A stretch of 64,000 nucleotides of DNA from Selaginella moellendorffii. Taxonomy: Eukaryota; Plantae; Lycopodiophyta. The notes under the pieces are model-generated. The model saw only the letters and a list, made by a program, of their open reading frames with translations, was not told the origin of the DNA and did not search any database. The DNA lies in the NCBI RefSeq assembly GCF_000143415.4, contig NW_003314264.1, positions 2,799,710-2,863,709 of the forward strand, written 5' to 3'. Below are positions 14,831-27,001 of the stretch, in pieces (the first letter of the stretch is position 1; each line of letters opens with the position of its first letter). The translations under genes and the position numbers were made by a program.

Positions 14831-17800
14831 GAAGGATGGGGGGGGGGATCATAGGATCCAAGGATGAGAACAGAGGGTATCTCATCGATGGCAAAATGTG
14901 CCATGCTAAAGTCGTAGGAAATGTGTTCCCAAAAAGAAAACAACTTTAACATAAAGTTGTGTGTGACCTCTATGGTGTAGTGCTAATAGATGGTTGGCAT
15001 GAGAAAGAGTGGTATTGGTCTTGGCAAAGACTTAGACAAAAAGAAGAAGTGTCATAGAGGTAAGCTCGTGAAGTCGATGGTGTGGAGACACCAAATGTGC
15101 CAAGGTGTGATACCTTGAGGCTATGTTGGTGGGTTCATGAGAACCCCTTGCCAAAGGAATCCCAATAGAAATGGGAATGGCATAGCCTAAGCTGCAGAGC
15201 ATGCAGTTGGAGTGTGGTGACCCAGATAATGATGAAGATGTGGAAGCACTAGCAATGAGTTGTAGGACTTGACAACTATGAGGCAACTAAGCAAGAGGTG
15301 CAAAATAATTGGTTAAATGGGTAGAAGGTAGCTACCCAAGCTTTTTTAATGGCATAGGAAAGTTGGACGTACCCTTACGGGGGATAAGTTGCTTATGTTG
15401 CGATATAGTAAGTCAATGTCATAAAAGGAAATACTCATTATCAAGGAAGCCATCATTGGGACACCCGAACACTCTAGAACACTAGGAGGTAGTGTTTGAT
15501 GTCGCGAGGGTAATAAATAAGGCCTAAGGGACTAAGTCCCTAGCGAATGATGGATAGAAGGTGCTATCCAAGTGTCCAAAGGTGGCGGAGACAGGAGAAG
15601 ACTGTCTACTCAAATTGGACAAAGCCAAAAAGGGAATTTTGGCAAGGCTAGTGATGGGCATGTAAAGGCCCATAAGCAACAACGTAATCTCGTTGTGTGG
15701 GATTATAAGGTGAGCATACTTGGATTGAGGAACCACTCCCTAGGCTATCGGGTAGGTTCATCCCTAAGAATACTTGCTAAGGCATGATAGAAAGTGCAAA
15801 GCTATCCTCCTGGTCCGGAGGAGAATGACCGAAGGAAATGTGTGAAGCCAAAAGCAAGAAGTAAGGGGATAGAACCGAACCATAGGAATCGAAGGGCATA
15901 ACCAAGGTTGGTTATGCCAGCTGGGAGTGGAGAATTAAGTGGGGGCTCAAGGGTGTTGCCGCTAGCAATCGTGATGCCATGGAGAGTCTAAAATATGGAA
16001 TTGTCCATGTTAGACTATATGGTAATTGGAAAGCTTGCAAAAAGGGAGGCCTTAGCAAGCTAAGGGACAGAGTTCCTTCAAGGTTCCCAAAGATGATTCT
16101 AGGTAGCTTAATACCTAGAAAGGCCAAGCGTAAATGGTTCAAGGAACGCGCGAAATTAGAGTGGCGCAGCAGAAGCGTGGTCTTGAAGCTTGCCATGAGG
16201 CAAGGCTATCAAGGTTAGGGAAGTAGTTCCCGAGTGTTCAAAGAGAGGGCTTTGAACGAAAGTCGATGACAAAGGGCTTTCACACTTGTGCAGGAACCAT
16301 GTTACGGTGGTCGGAGGACTTACCAAAGCGAGATTGGCAAGTCAGGGGAACAAATGCCCTAGTTTAAGGTGATAACTTCAAAAAGGGTGGGCCATGGGGC
16401 GAAGCATGGAGGAGTTCATGCATGATCACAGACTTGTCAAGTGAGAGGACTTGGCAGTGTGGAGGAACTAGGTTCCTAAGCTGTGATCTATAGCGCGCTT
16501 TGAGTATAAATTGGTGCACCGGCGTGAGGAGTCACGCCAGGCATCCTGGGTGATGCCGTCCGTAGATGCATATACGGAGGTTGGGTTCGAGTCCCGACCC
16601 TCTAGTGCTTGGGTTCGAGTCCCAACTCACTAGGGCGTGGTGATGGTTTGGAATATGAGGACACTCATTTTTCGGTGGTCATGGACTCTCAGTGTGGAGA
16701 CTGGCTTGGGCACACTGCCAAGCGAGGGATGCCTCGGAGTCGTGATGCACGGTTAGATTACTTAATGTGGCTTAGCATATCTAACTTGAACACTTTGGTG
16801 CAAGTGGCACTAAGGACGTGGTGAATGAGATGGGGACACCCAGTCTCAGTTGCTATGGACCCTTGGCCGGAAGGGCTGGTTTGGGCGCACCGCCAAGTGT
16901 GGGGGATGCCCTCGGGGTCGTAGTTAACAAGTTAAAGGTCTGGAAAACCTAATGCCTATTGGCAAACCTGTTAAGGTGTCGAGGTGAGATCACTAGGTGA
17001 TCTTGTGGATAAATAAGGACAAGGTCCTTGTTTGGGTTAAGGAATGAGGTTCCTAGTTCAAAGTGTTGATTTGAACTATTGATGATGGTGTGGCTTGGTC
17101 AAGGTGACCAAGTGGGAAAAGCACTTTAAGGAAATGAGTTATGTCATTGCGATGGCATAGTGTGTCCAAGGAAAGTAGTCTCTAAAGAGACCCATGGGAG
17201 GGTCACAAAGTTGGGCCGTGGATAGAGCCCACAGCAGAAGATGCTAAAGAGACTTACTAGGGGTGAACACCCTAGTCTTGGCAAAGCAGAGCCTTTGCTA
17301 TGGAATCAAAAGAATACCTCAAGGAGGGGGGTAGAGATTCAATGTTGCTTGGTGCAACAATCAACGGATAGGAGCAAAAGATGAGTGGCTAAGATAGGGC
17401 CGTGGAATCCATTGGAAGGAATCCAAGTGGCAAAGTTAGGCGAGAAACACTAATGTGTTGGACGCTAACGAATTGCGGGAAAGGAAGTGTGTTTCCAAGG
17501 ATGGATTCCGAATTGCTCCGATTTGGCGAAAGGGGAAGCTCCAAGAGAGGGAGCGGTAAGGTAGCCAAATGATAGGGCCATGAACAGCCCTAGCACAAAG
17601 TATGATAACTGGAACTTAATGCCCCAGGGTGGCACGAAATAGAAGAGAGGATGATGGTGCCCTCAAGTAGAGAACTTCCTAGGATGGGAAGTGGAATTGC
17701 ACAAAAGGTGCAAGGCAAGGTGTCGGAAACACCTAAGAAATTGACTCCAAGAAGTCAAAATTCAAAGTTCCAAAGTGCAAAGGTTATATCGATGGGAACT

Positions 17801-18374
17801 GAGACCACTCGAGAATGAGTAGTGGGAATTGAGTTAAAGAAGATGTCTCTAACATGTTTAGTAAGAACTGAACCAATAAAAGGGAGCAAACCACCCCAAG
17901 TGGTCGAATAAGTCTCTATGTTGGAAAGACTATGCTCCTTAGAGGATGGGCAAGGCATAATGAGCCTTTGGTGTCAAACCATTGACGAATATGGAGAAGG
18001 CATGGTGAGCCTTCAATATCAAACTATTGACAAATATTAGCTAGGTGCCAAGGATGGAAATGATAACACATGCGGGTGTTACTTTATAAAATAGTTTATC
18101 GTTCGATGAGGACATCGAACTTTGTCTATGGGTGGTAGAGTTGTGAGACACAAAATCCCTAGGCCCCAAAGTGGAGCCGGAAAAGGTGCCACATGGTAGT
18201 GGCCGAGGCGAAAGCCAAACGAGCATAACACGTTTGGACTAAAAGCTCCGACTTGGAAGATCGAGAGCGGGAGTGGAACTCCCAACAAAGTGCTCGAGGA
18301 GCAAGCACGAGGCAACCAATAAGCAAGGCTCCAAAAAGGGACCCAAAAAGGACCAACACATGACACGTGGAAGT

Positions 18375-18945
18375 GTCCGAGATGGAGTCTGAGGCGGACC
18401 CGAGTTGGAGTCCGAGATGGACCCGAAGTGGAGTCCGAGATGGACTCGAAGTGGAGTCCGATATGGAGTCCGATATGGAGTCCGAAGTGGAGTCCGAAGT
18501 GGAGTCCGAGATGGAGTTTGATCTAGAGTCCGAGATGGACCCGAAGTGGAGTCCGATATGGAATCCGATATGGAGTCCGAAGTGGAGTCCGAGATGGAGT
18601 CCGATATGGAGTCCGAGATGGACCCGAAGTGGAGTCCGATATGGAGTCCGATATGGAGTCCGAGATGAACCCGAAGTGGAGTCTGATATGGAGTCCGATA
18701 TGGAGTTCGAGATGGACCCGAAGTGGAGTCCGATGTGGAGTCCGAGATGGACCCGAGATGGAGTCCGAGATGGACCCGAGATGGAGTCCGAGATGGAACC
18801 GAGACCGGGACCGAGACTGAGACCGAGACCGAGACCGAGTCCGAGATGGAACCGAGACCGGGACCGAGACTGAGACCGAGACCGAGACCGAGTCCGAGTC
18901 CGAATCCGGGACCGAGACCGAGTCTGAGTCCGAGTCCGAGTTCGA
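18375..18945. repeat. Minisatellite in the 3' LTR (same units, different number and order)
   Basis: Direct reading and comparison with 12466-13011. Confidence 0.95.
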
Positions 18946-21066
18946 ATACTAATACAGGCAGTTGGGTGAAAGCCCAAAGCGATCGTCCCCTAGGGGGGGG
19001 GGGGCGCTGCGGGGGGGTTCCAAAAGTATAGTAGGGAGAGTGTGGGGGTTGGAGCCCAGTGGAGCCAGTTTGGCCAGGAAAGGCCAGTTTGGCCCAGGAA
19101 GGCCAGACCCAGTGTTGGGTGATGAGCTGACCACTGGGAAGTCCAAGACTAGAGTGAACACGGACCGACAAGCGGGGTAGCTTGGTGAAGTGTTCAAGAG
19201 CCGGCTCTAGTTCCCCCAGGAGATCGACTGGCCGATGCTCCCAATCCAAGTGTGGGTGGCACTACCTACTTGGATACCAGGCGTGGCTCAACGGAACCTC
19301 GCTCTAAGCCCATGGCTAGAGCACCCAAGGGCAGAAGGCGGGGAGAGTACCCAGGTGGCTCGCGTAAGGCCACGGTGTTCCGAAAGGTTGTCCCAAAGGC
19401 CCAGACTGTGGAAAGGAAGAGGAGCAGTCCTCTGGGGTAGTGACCAAGGACACAGTCGTATGGTGAGGAAGTCCCAGAGGACCGTGGGATTTAGTGGTCG
19501 GGCCTGTGGGCCTTGATCCAGTGGCAGTGTTGGCAAACACGGCCAAGGGCCGAAAGGGACTTAGTGGGGACTAACAAAGGGACATTGGGGAAGGCTATTC
19601 CCCTTGTCGGTGGGCATCCTAAGGATGCTAAGGAGTGGATCTAAGATGACCACTCACGGATGGTTTCCCTAGTCTTGAAGAGCCAAGACTGTGATGCAAG
19701 TGGTATGGACTACTAGTGTGGCAAAGGTGATTAGGCATGGCCTTAGCGTAACAAACTGCCATGTTGGTGGTACCTTTGAGTGTCGGTCATGGGATCGGAC
19801 ACGTGGAGCACTTGGACCAAGTGCAAATGTTGAGTGGCATGGATGCCATTCTCGGGGCTAGCAAGTCCCAAGTCCTGAATTGGACTTATGGAGGTTGTGA
19901 ATGAGACTCCTCCAAGTGGTCGGAGGTGTGGTTAAGTGACTGAAGTAGAATGGAAAATTTAGTCGCTTACACGCAGACGATGCAATTGTTGGAAGGCATC
20001 ATCACAATCGTTAGCATGTCCAAATGCACGTTTGAAGACGTTCGGAAGAACACTCAAATCCCCATGAGTGGCTGCACTCAAACCATTATACCACTACAAT
20101 GCCATCCCTTGGAAACACGTGGGAAACTCATGCAAATGTTGATTATCATCCCAAGAATGATATGTGGTAATCATTATGAAGTGATCGAACCAATGGTACA
20201 CATCATCCCCAGGATTCTCATGAAAGAACTTTGGCCGAATGCAAGGATTGACACCAAGACCAAGAATAGTTGTACCACATGCTGTCAATGCTACCATTAA
20301 TTAAGTTTGGTTGTTCAATTGCAAATGCATAATATTAAGCAATTGTACCAATTGTTACTCTAAAGTTAAAAAAGGAGATTATTGATTTGCCATGAAGATG
20401 AATGAAAAGAAAAGAGCAAAAGAAGAGAAATGACAAAAATCTATAAGGAAAGGGAGATCTAGACAATGAAAAATGCTAGATCTAAACCAAAATCCTAAAA
20501 GGAAAAAACAAAAGAAAGGAAATGGAAAAAACTAAATTTAAATATGCAAAAGTTAGATTTAAATTAAAATTTTAAATCCAAGCACTTTTGAGGGACAATC
20601 AAAAAGTGCCCTCATCTCCACCAATGTAAGTGCATGAATATAGAAAGGGAATACAAAAAATTGTGCATATCAATTAGCCCAAAAACCCAAGTTTATATAC
20701 AGGAGCGAATAATCCAAATTGAAATCAATTCAACAATTACTAAAATCCCACTAATATTAATATATAATATCGTAGTTGTACACTTGGCCCTCACAAGGCA
20801 AAATTTTCAACGTTCTGAGACTCCACTCCATTCTAAAAATTTTGCTCCAATAGATCTAGCCTCCAACATGGCATGGTGGGCACTGTCACGTCTAGTATTT
20901 TAGTATCATCCTCATCCACTTGTTAACCTTTAGCGGACATGTCCTTAGCTTCCTCGAGACAATGCCTGCGTTTTCACTGGCACTGTGAGGTGATTTTATA
21001 TTTCTTCCTTCCTTGCTTCTAGGGCTTTGTTTCTGGGAGCGAGAGCGAGAGAGGAGGCAAGAGGCG

Positions 21067-23764
21067 ATGCCTGGAGCGCCTGGTGATGTCGCCGAGCTTC
21101 CTCCGCGCCTGGCGATCATGCTGTTTAGGAATCGAGTCCTGCTCCCGGGAGCTGTGGTGCGCATCCGATGCACGTCGCCGACCAAGTAAGCGCTTCTTAG
21201 GCCATCGCGTAGAATTTGGGAGCTAAAATGCGGGCGGTTTGATCGTTTTATTCCCAGCGTTAGGCTGGTCGAGCAGGAGCTGTGGCAGAAGGAAGACAGG
21301 GGATTGATTGGAGTTTTGCCTGTCAGGGATTTGCAGCAGTCCGATCCGGCGTCTCCGCCTCCGCCTCCGCCGCCACAACAGCAGCAGCCTCCCCCGACTC
21401 AAGGCAAGTAAAATGCCAAGAACTGTTTTGGGAGTTACCTGTGTGTTGATTGTATCTCCAGGCGATCGAGGTGGAACTGCGCTTCCAGATTTCCAGCAGT
21501 GCCTGGGAAAGCAAAATCAAGAGCTCGTGCAATGGCATCCCCGGTAAAAATTCCAGATGTTTCCTGATGGGTCACGTAAGAATTTTTGTAGGGGTGTAGC
21601 AGCCCGAGCTTTGCATCTCTCTCGTGGCATGGAAAAACCAAGTGGTCGGGTTACGTACACCGTCGTTTTAGAAGGCTGGTGTAGGTTCAGTCTCAAGGAC
21701 ATGAATGCTCGGGGATAATACAACACTGCTCGCATTGGTCAGCTCGATATGACAAAAGCAGGTAGCTGATGAGGCGCAGCTGTTTTACTGCTTTGGTTTT
21801 TTTCTTGTAGAGATGGAGCAGGCGGAAAAAGATCCAGAGGTGCAACTTCTGGGACGACAGTTCAAAGTTGTTGCTAGCGAATTGATCTCTGCTTTGGAGC
21901 AGGTATTCTATCGGTACATGTTCTCGAGTTGCTGATTGTTTGACGTCGTAGAAGCAAAGAACTGTGGGCCGCACGAAAATATTACTCGAGACAACCTCTG
22001 CCCACAGGCTTGCGGACATCTTTGTTGCAAATTTTGAGAACAACTTTGAAGACCGGCTAGCTATGCTAGACGGCGTCGACTTAAAACAGCGACTTGTCAA
22101 AGCGACTGAAATCATAACGCGCCATCTTCAGGTTCGTGCTGACTTTCGAGTTAAGCATCCAATTTAAACTCGTGTACTGTCTCTAGACAATCAAGGTAGC
22201 CGAAAAGATATCCCAGAAAGTGGAAGGAAATCTCTCGAAGTCTCAAAAAGAGTTTCTTTTACGTCAACAGGTACTGTATTTCTTATGATCCGCAAGTTCG
22301 CTTTGTCCCTCATGCCGCTTTACAGATGAAAGCGATCAAAGAGGAGCTCGGTGATAACGATGAGGACGAAGATGATGTGGTTGCTTTGGAGAAAAAGATG
22401 CAGAATGTGGGAATGCCGGCAAACGTATGGAAGCACACACAGAGAGAGCTGAGGTAAGATATAATTGTGTGTCTATTTTCAGCTGAAATCTTGCTGCTTG
22501 CCATTTCATAGGAGGTTGAGGAAAATGCAGCCTCAACAGCCAGGTTATGGAAGCTCAAGAGCTTATTTGGAACTCCTTGCTGAATTATTATGGCAGATAA
22601 GTAGCGAAGAACGTGAACTAGATCTTGTTGCAGCAAAGGAACGGTTGGATAGCGAGCATTATGGGCTGGGAAAAGTCAAGAAGCGGATTATTGAGTATTT
22701 GGCTGTACGAAAAGTATGTAAGCTTTCTTCAATCCAATCTTCTTTCCTTTCTAACTAATATTTTTTACAGTTAAAACCCGACGCGAGGGGCCCTGTCCTC
22801 TGCTTCGTAGGTCCTCCGGGTGTAGGAAAAACATCCTTGGCGTCTTCAATTGCTGGAGCTTTGGGAAGGCTTTTTATCCGCATTTCATTGGGCGGAGTGA
22901 AGGATGAAGCAGACATACGAGGTCATCGTAGAACATATATAGGAAGCATGCCGGGTCGACTGATCGAAGGCATTAAGGTATGGATTGTTTAAGTTTTTTA
23001 TTCCTGATGTTTTCATCGTATTGCCAGCGAGTGGGAGTCAACAATCCGGTCATGCTTCTGGACGAGATTGATAAAACAGGTACGGATGTCCGTGGTGATC
23101 CGGCATCTGCTTTACTGGAGGTCTTAGATCCGGAGCAGAATAGGACGTTCAATGATCAGTACGTATAGTACCTTCGCTTTGGTCATGCTTTTAACTTGTT
23201 TCTTTGCAGTTACCTCACCACCTAAGTTTGATGGCAAAGAAGCGGCTGAAAGAGTGTCCACTCCCGGTGTGGCCGTGGGCCTTGTCTGGACGGCCGTTGG
23301 TGGTAAAGTTCATTTTGTCGAGGCCACGGCCATGACAGAGAAGGGAGGGAAGGCTGGGAGATGTTAAAGAATCTGCTCAGATTGCTCTCACATGGGTATG
23401 TTTACAAAAAACTTTCGCTTGTATTCAATTGTTGAAACAGGTGAGAGCACGAGCTGCCGAGTTGAAGCTTGCAACTGGTGCGGAAAGAAGTTTAATGGAT
23501 AGTCGAGATATTCATATCCACTTTCCAGCAGGTGCTGTGCCGAAGGACGGGCCCTCCGCCGGTGTTACGCTTGTTACGGCCTTGGTGTCTTTCCTAGGGA
23601 AGAGATGCGTGCGTGCTGACACCGCAATGACTGGTGAAATGACACTACGTGGTCTCGTGTTACCAGTAGGAGGAGTGAAGGATAAGGTAAGCTTTCAGTA
23701 ACTAACGAGTGTTTCCTCGCAGATATTAGCTGCTCATAGGTTCGGCATCAAACGTGTGATACTT
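21067..23764 (+). pseudogene. LON2: Peroxisomal-type Lon protease (LON2) pseudogene
   Basis: ELPPRLAIMLFRNRVLLPGAVVRIRCTSP N-terminus, Walker [33 protein letters not shown]; in-frame TAA at 21716-21718; AAA+ C-terminal region missing after [10 protein letters not shown]; frameshift at ~23345-23365; truncated after GIKRVIL. Confidence 0.85.
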
Positions 23765-25414
23765 GGAGCCGGGAGTTCCTCCAAACGCAGGAGCCAGTGG
23801 AGCCCGTGAGTATCCCGTTCCAATATGCCCGACTGAGGGTCCTCCGTAAACCGTCGAACCAGTGGTACGTTCCCACAGTATACGTCCACTCTCTGCGTCC
23901 AGTGCGAGAACATGACCATCCTTGTCGAATGATCCGCAGAAGACCACACCGTTGGCGACAGTCACAGGCCCGTATGCTCGCGCACTGTGTGGATTCGCAG
24001 TGGACCATTCTATTCTTCCAGTAGCGGCTTCCATGGCCACCCAGCCACCAGCGGTGGTGCTTTCTCCGGAAGGAACGTGCTGGAACGTAGCACGGTCAGA
24101 GTTTGCGATGTTGGTGTATACTCGATGGTTGTCAGTGGCGGCTCCCCAGATCGCTCCACCTACAGAGCCACCAGGTCCGGCAGTCTTCACAAAACAGGGA
24201 AAACAAACGCAAGGTGACCAAGAAGAACAGGCTAGATATCAACAGGAGCTTGAGTTACCGTTTCCCAGACAAGGCTGCCGTCGTCTCGATCGTGAGCCCA
24301 GACAATGCCGCTCTTCTGACCGGTGACGACGATATCTTGAAACTTGTTCTTGGAGTAGCGGCTTGGGATCGTGAGCAACATCGGTGACTCTCCAAAGTCG
24401 TAGTCCAGCCCAGGCTCAGGCGCTGGTGGTGGATTTGTGTCACAAGCAAGCCTCTATACGTCGTTTCCTCCGAGCCTGTTACACCAGAGTATCTCACCGT
24501 CGGCCATACAACAGCGTCGTCGCAGACGCTGGGAGGATAGCAGTCGCTCGAGTTGGCGTTTCTGTTGAGGCAGTCCTGGACGTCGCAGAGGTTCCCAGTG
24601 CCAATGAAGACGAGTCCTCACTGGGGATCGACGGAAGGACTGCTTCCCCAAACTGTAACGCCGTAGAACCGGAATTTTCAGGAGCCATGTAAGTTCTCCA
24701 TATTCGTTTTCCATTTTTGAGGTCTAGTTTCTGAAAGCTTCCCTGGAATGTGCAGCAGGTTGCCTCCACAAGCTCTTGGCGCGAAGAGATACCAACGTAG
24801 AAAGCTCTGCCAGAATTATAGGTACTCAAGAGCAGAGAAAAAGAAAAGAAAGGAAGTTTGCTTACCCGTCGTATGCTGTTCCTGACATGGTGATCCTTGC
24901 CCGGGCCGTTTCATCCAGATCTTCCGACATCCACACCAGTCTTCCACTCTTACGTTCTAAAGCAACAACTCTAGCGGAACCGAGCAAACCATATAGCAAG
25001 AGGTCCTCGGTCACAGCAGGTGTCGTCCGCGACAAAGTGGCAACTCGCGTGATTTCTGTCAAGTTGACACGCCAGAGAAGTTGTCCTTGGATGGAAACTG
25101 CGAAGACGAGCCCGTTCCACGAATGGAAATAGACAACGCAGTCGCAAATCGCCGGTGTGGCTGAGATGTCTGCGCCAGCGTCAAAGTTCCACCTTTCGCT
25201 TAACTGAGGCGCGTGCCCGACACTGATCAAGTGCTCATCCTCTGCAAAGCGACGATTCTTGAGGTCTCCTCCGTGGCTGATCCATTCGCCCGTCTGGAAA
25301 AAAAAAAAGTCAAGGCAAGCTTATTTTCCTTTGTTTTTCTCTTTGTTGGACTACCTGACAGTTGGATTCCACCTGCAGCAAAGATTGCGCCAAGAATACC
25401 AAAGAGTTCTTCAT
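23765..25414 (-). pseudogene. PQQ-type dehydrogenase copy 3, frameshifted, with small deletions and 3' truncation
   Basis: Homologous to copies 1 and 2; same 1-nt deletion as copy 2 (~24665); deletions in exons 1, 3 and 4; last codons replaced by Lon sequence. Confidence 0.85.
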
Positions 25415-26075
25415 GGAGGGGGACTTGCGACTTTGCTCGAGAAAGAAATCTCAAGGTATGCTTTTCTAATATTTCTCTTTCGCGTGCTGGGTTTAGACAA
25501 AGACTTTTTTTCAGGCCGTGCAACACCCTGTTTGCAACACAAAGACTTTCAAAGAGCACCACACAGAGCACTCTCGGCCTTCAAGTGCGGTAACTTCGTG
25601 ATGCTGGTAGGCAATGGATTGATCCTTCCAGTGTTCTGCTCGTTCGTGCTTGGCATCGTTCCAGTCTCGATCGTCCTCTTGTACTGCTAGTGCTAGCTGG
25701 GCGTAGCTTGCATTTTCCAAGTCTCAAAAGTAGAATCTTTTGCATTCTCCCTTTTGCTCATGAAACATATTTTAAATGTGTTTTTTAATAATTAATATTT
25801 TTCATAGTTATCTCTCAGAGGCCCTGGATGGAGACCATGCCAGCGTGAAACTTTCTTTCGTGGATATCTTCTTGGTCTTTTCTTGCAAAGACTGGTAGCA
25901 ATGGCGGTGGGCGATCACCAAATGCGCGATAACTACATGTAACCATGACACCTCAAACAGCTCGTGGAATCTTGAAAATTCGACATGCAAGCGTGCTTCC
26001 AACCAGGATTTTTCCTCTTGGATTTCAAAACTTTACATGACCGACCAAAACTTTACATGATCGAGCTCAAAAACT

Positions 26076-26523
26076 TCACATGATCGAGCACGCGGAATTC
26101 GGGTTCTCTGCGCTAAACATTGTGGTGATGCTGTCGTCGCGTACGGGCGGGCGAAAGCGCTGCTCGTATCCATAGTCATGATCATAGAGCTGCTCCTCGT
26201 ACAGCGTCGCCATTGGCGTGTAGATGGCGACCTTGGGATCGTAGAGATGGGCCGGCCAAAGCTCCACGGGCTTGCCCGCCCTGCGCAGCCGCTTGATGAT
26301 GCGCTTGGGGTCTGCAGTGCCCGTGATCGTCACCTTCTGAAGCTGCCGATCGATGTCGATGCTGTCGATCCCCGGCATGAAGAGCGCTCGCTTCACCAAT
26401 CGCTCGCAGCGGTCAGAGTGCATCGGTACTCGCAGCTCGATAAGCTGGAAAGGAGCAGAAGAGAGAACGTCAGATTCTTAGCGATTCTTACAAGACCAAG
26501 AGTTTCACGGAACGTACCCCCAT
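26076..26523 (-). CDS. Heavy-metal-associated isoprenylated plant protein (HIPP); micro-exon MG (26523-26518) plus exon 26444-26076
   Basis: HMA fold IELRVPMHSDRCERLVKRAL..GIDSIDID..QKVTITG; C-terminal MFSAENPNSACSIM* (CaaX). Confidence 0.88.
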
Positions 26524-27001
26524 GTATTACAACTAGAGCTAGACGATCGGTTCCTCGCGTTTCAGGACAAAAGTGCTGCAATTTAGAAGAAGAAACGCTG
26601 CGATAATCCTTGATTCTGGGGGGGACGAGGAGCTAAACAACTATGATCCTTGACGTGAAAGCACTGGAAATGCTTTTGGATCTATGGAAAGAACTCTCCA
26701 CTCATGAATTCCCAGGCAAGAAATATGCTCTGTTGTGGAGCTCCGTGTTGAGATTATAAAGACAGACACTGGCAACTGGCGGTTCCCCGACAGACAGCTG
26801 CCGGTTTGTAGGCGGCACGTAGGCAATTTCGAAGCACCCAAAGTCTTTGGAGGTTTGTGGCGCAACACTGTTAAAGATATGAAAATTGTGGTCTGGAATC
26901 TCACAACCAAGGCTCAAAAAAAAAAAAAAAAAAGAAAAAAAGAAAGAAGAAGATTCTTTTCCAAAGCCTATTAACATTTAACTTATTGTGATGACAATGC
27001 C

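Larger units (their letters stand above)
12233..19971 (+). mobile_element. Nested non-autonomous (LARD-like) LTR retrotransposon; LTRs 12233-14032 and 18142-19971
   Basis: TG..CA termini; perfect 5-bp TSD CGCAG (12228-12232 and 19972-19976); PBS tggtatcggag at 14036 (tRNA-iMet type); PPT-like gggtggtagag before the 3' LTR; LTRs ~98% alike outside the array; no long internal ORF. Confidence 0.93.
8093..20795 (-). mobile_element. Ty3/gypsy LTR retrotransposon (copy A), degenerate, short LTRs 8093-8251 and 20625-20795, interrupted by a nested element at 12233-19971
   Basis: Order on minus: gag (20297-19977, 12230-11770, Cys/His knuckle), protease LVDTDSS, RT (FCIDYRSLN, FIDDV), RNase H (ANADALSR), integrase (GHMG..C..C, DNGS, PQSNGLVE); PBS-like tgccctcatctccacca at ~20607-20623; PPT at 8252-8264; many stops and frameshifts. 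Confidence 0.9.

Noticed and set aside
16560-16630. Genuine tRNA gene
   Set aside because: T-arm motifs are present but no acceptor stem, D arm or A-box in canonical spacing; reported as a motif only
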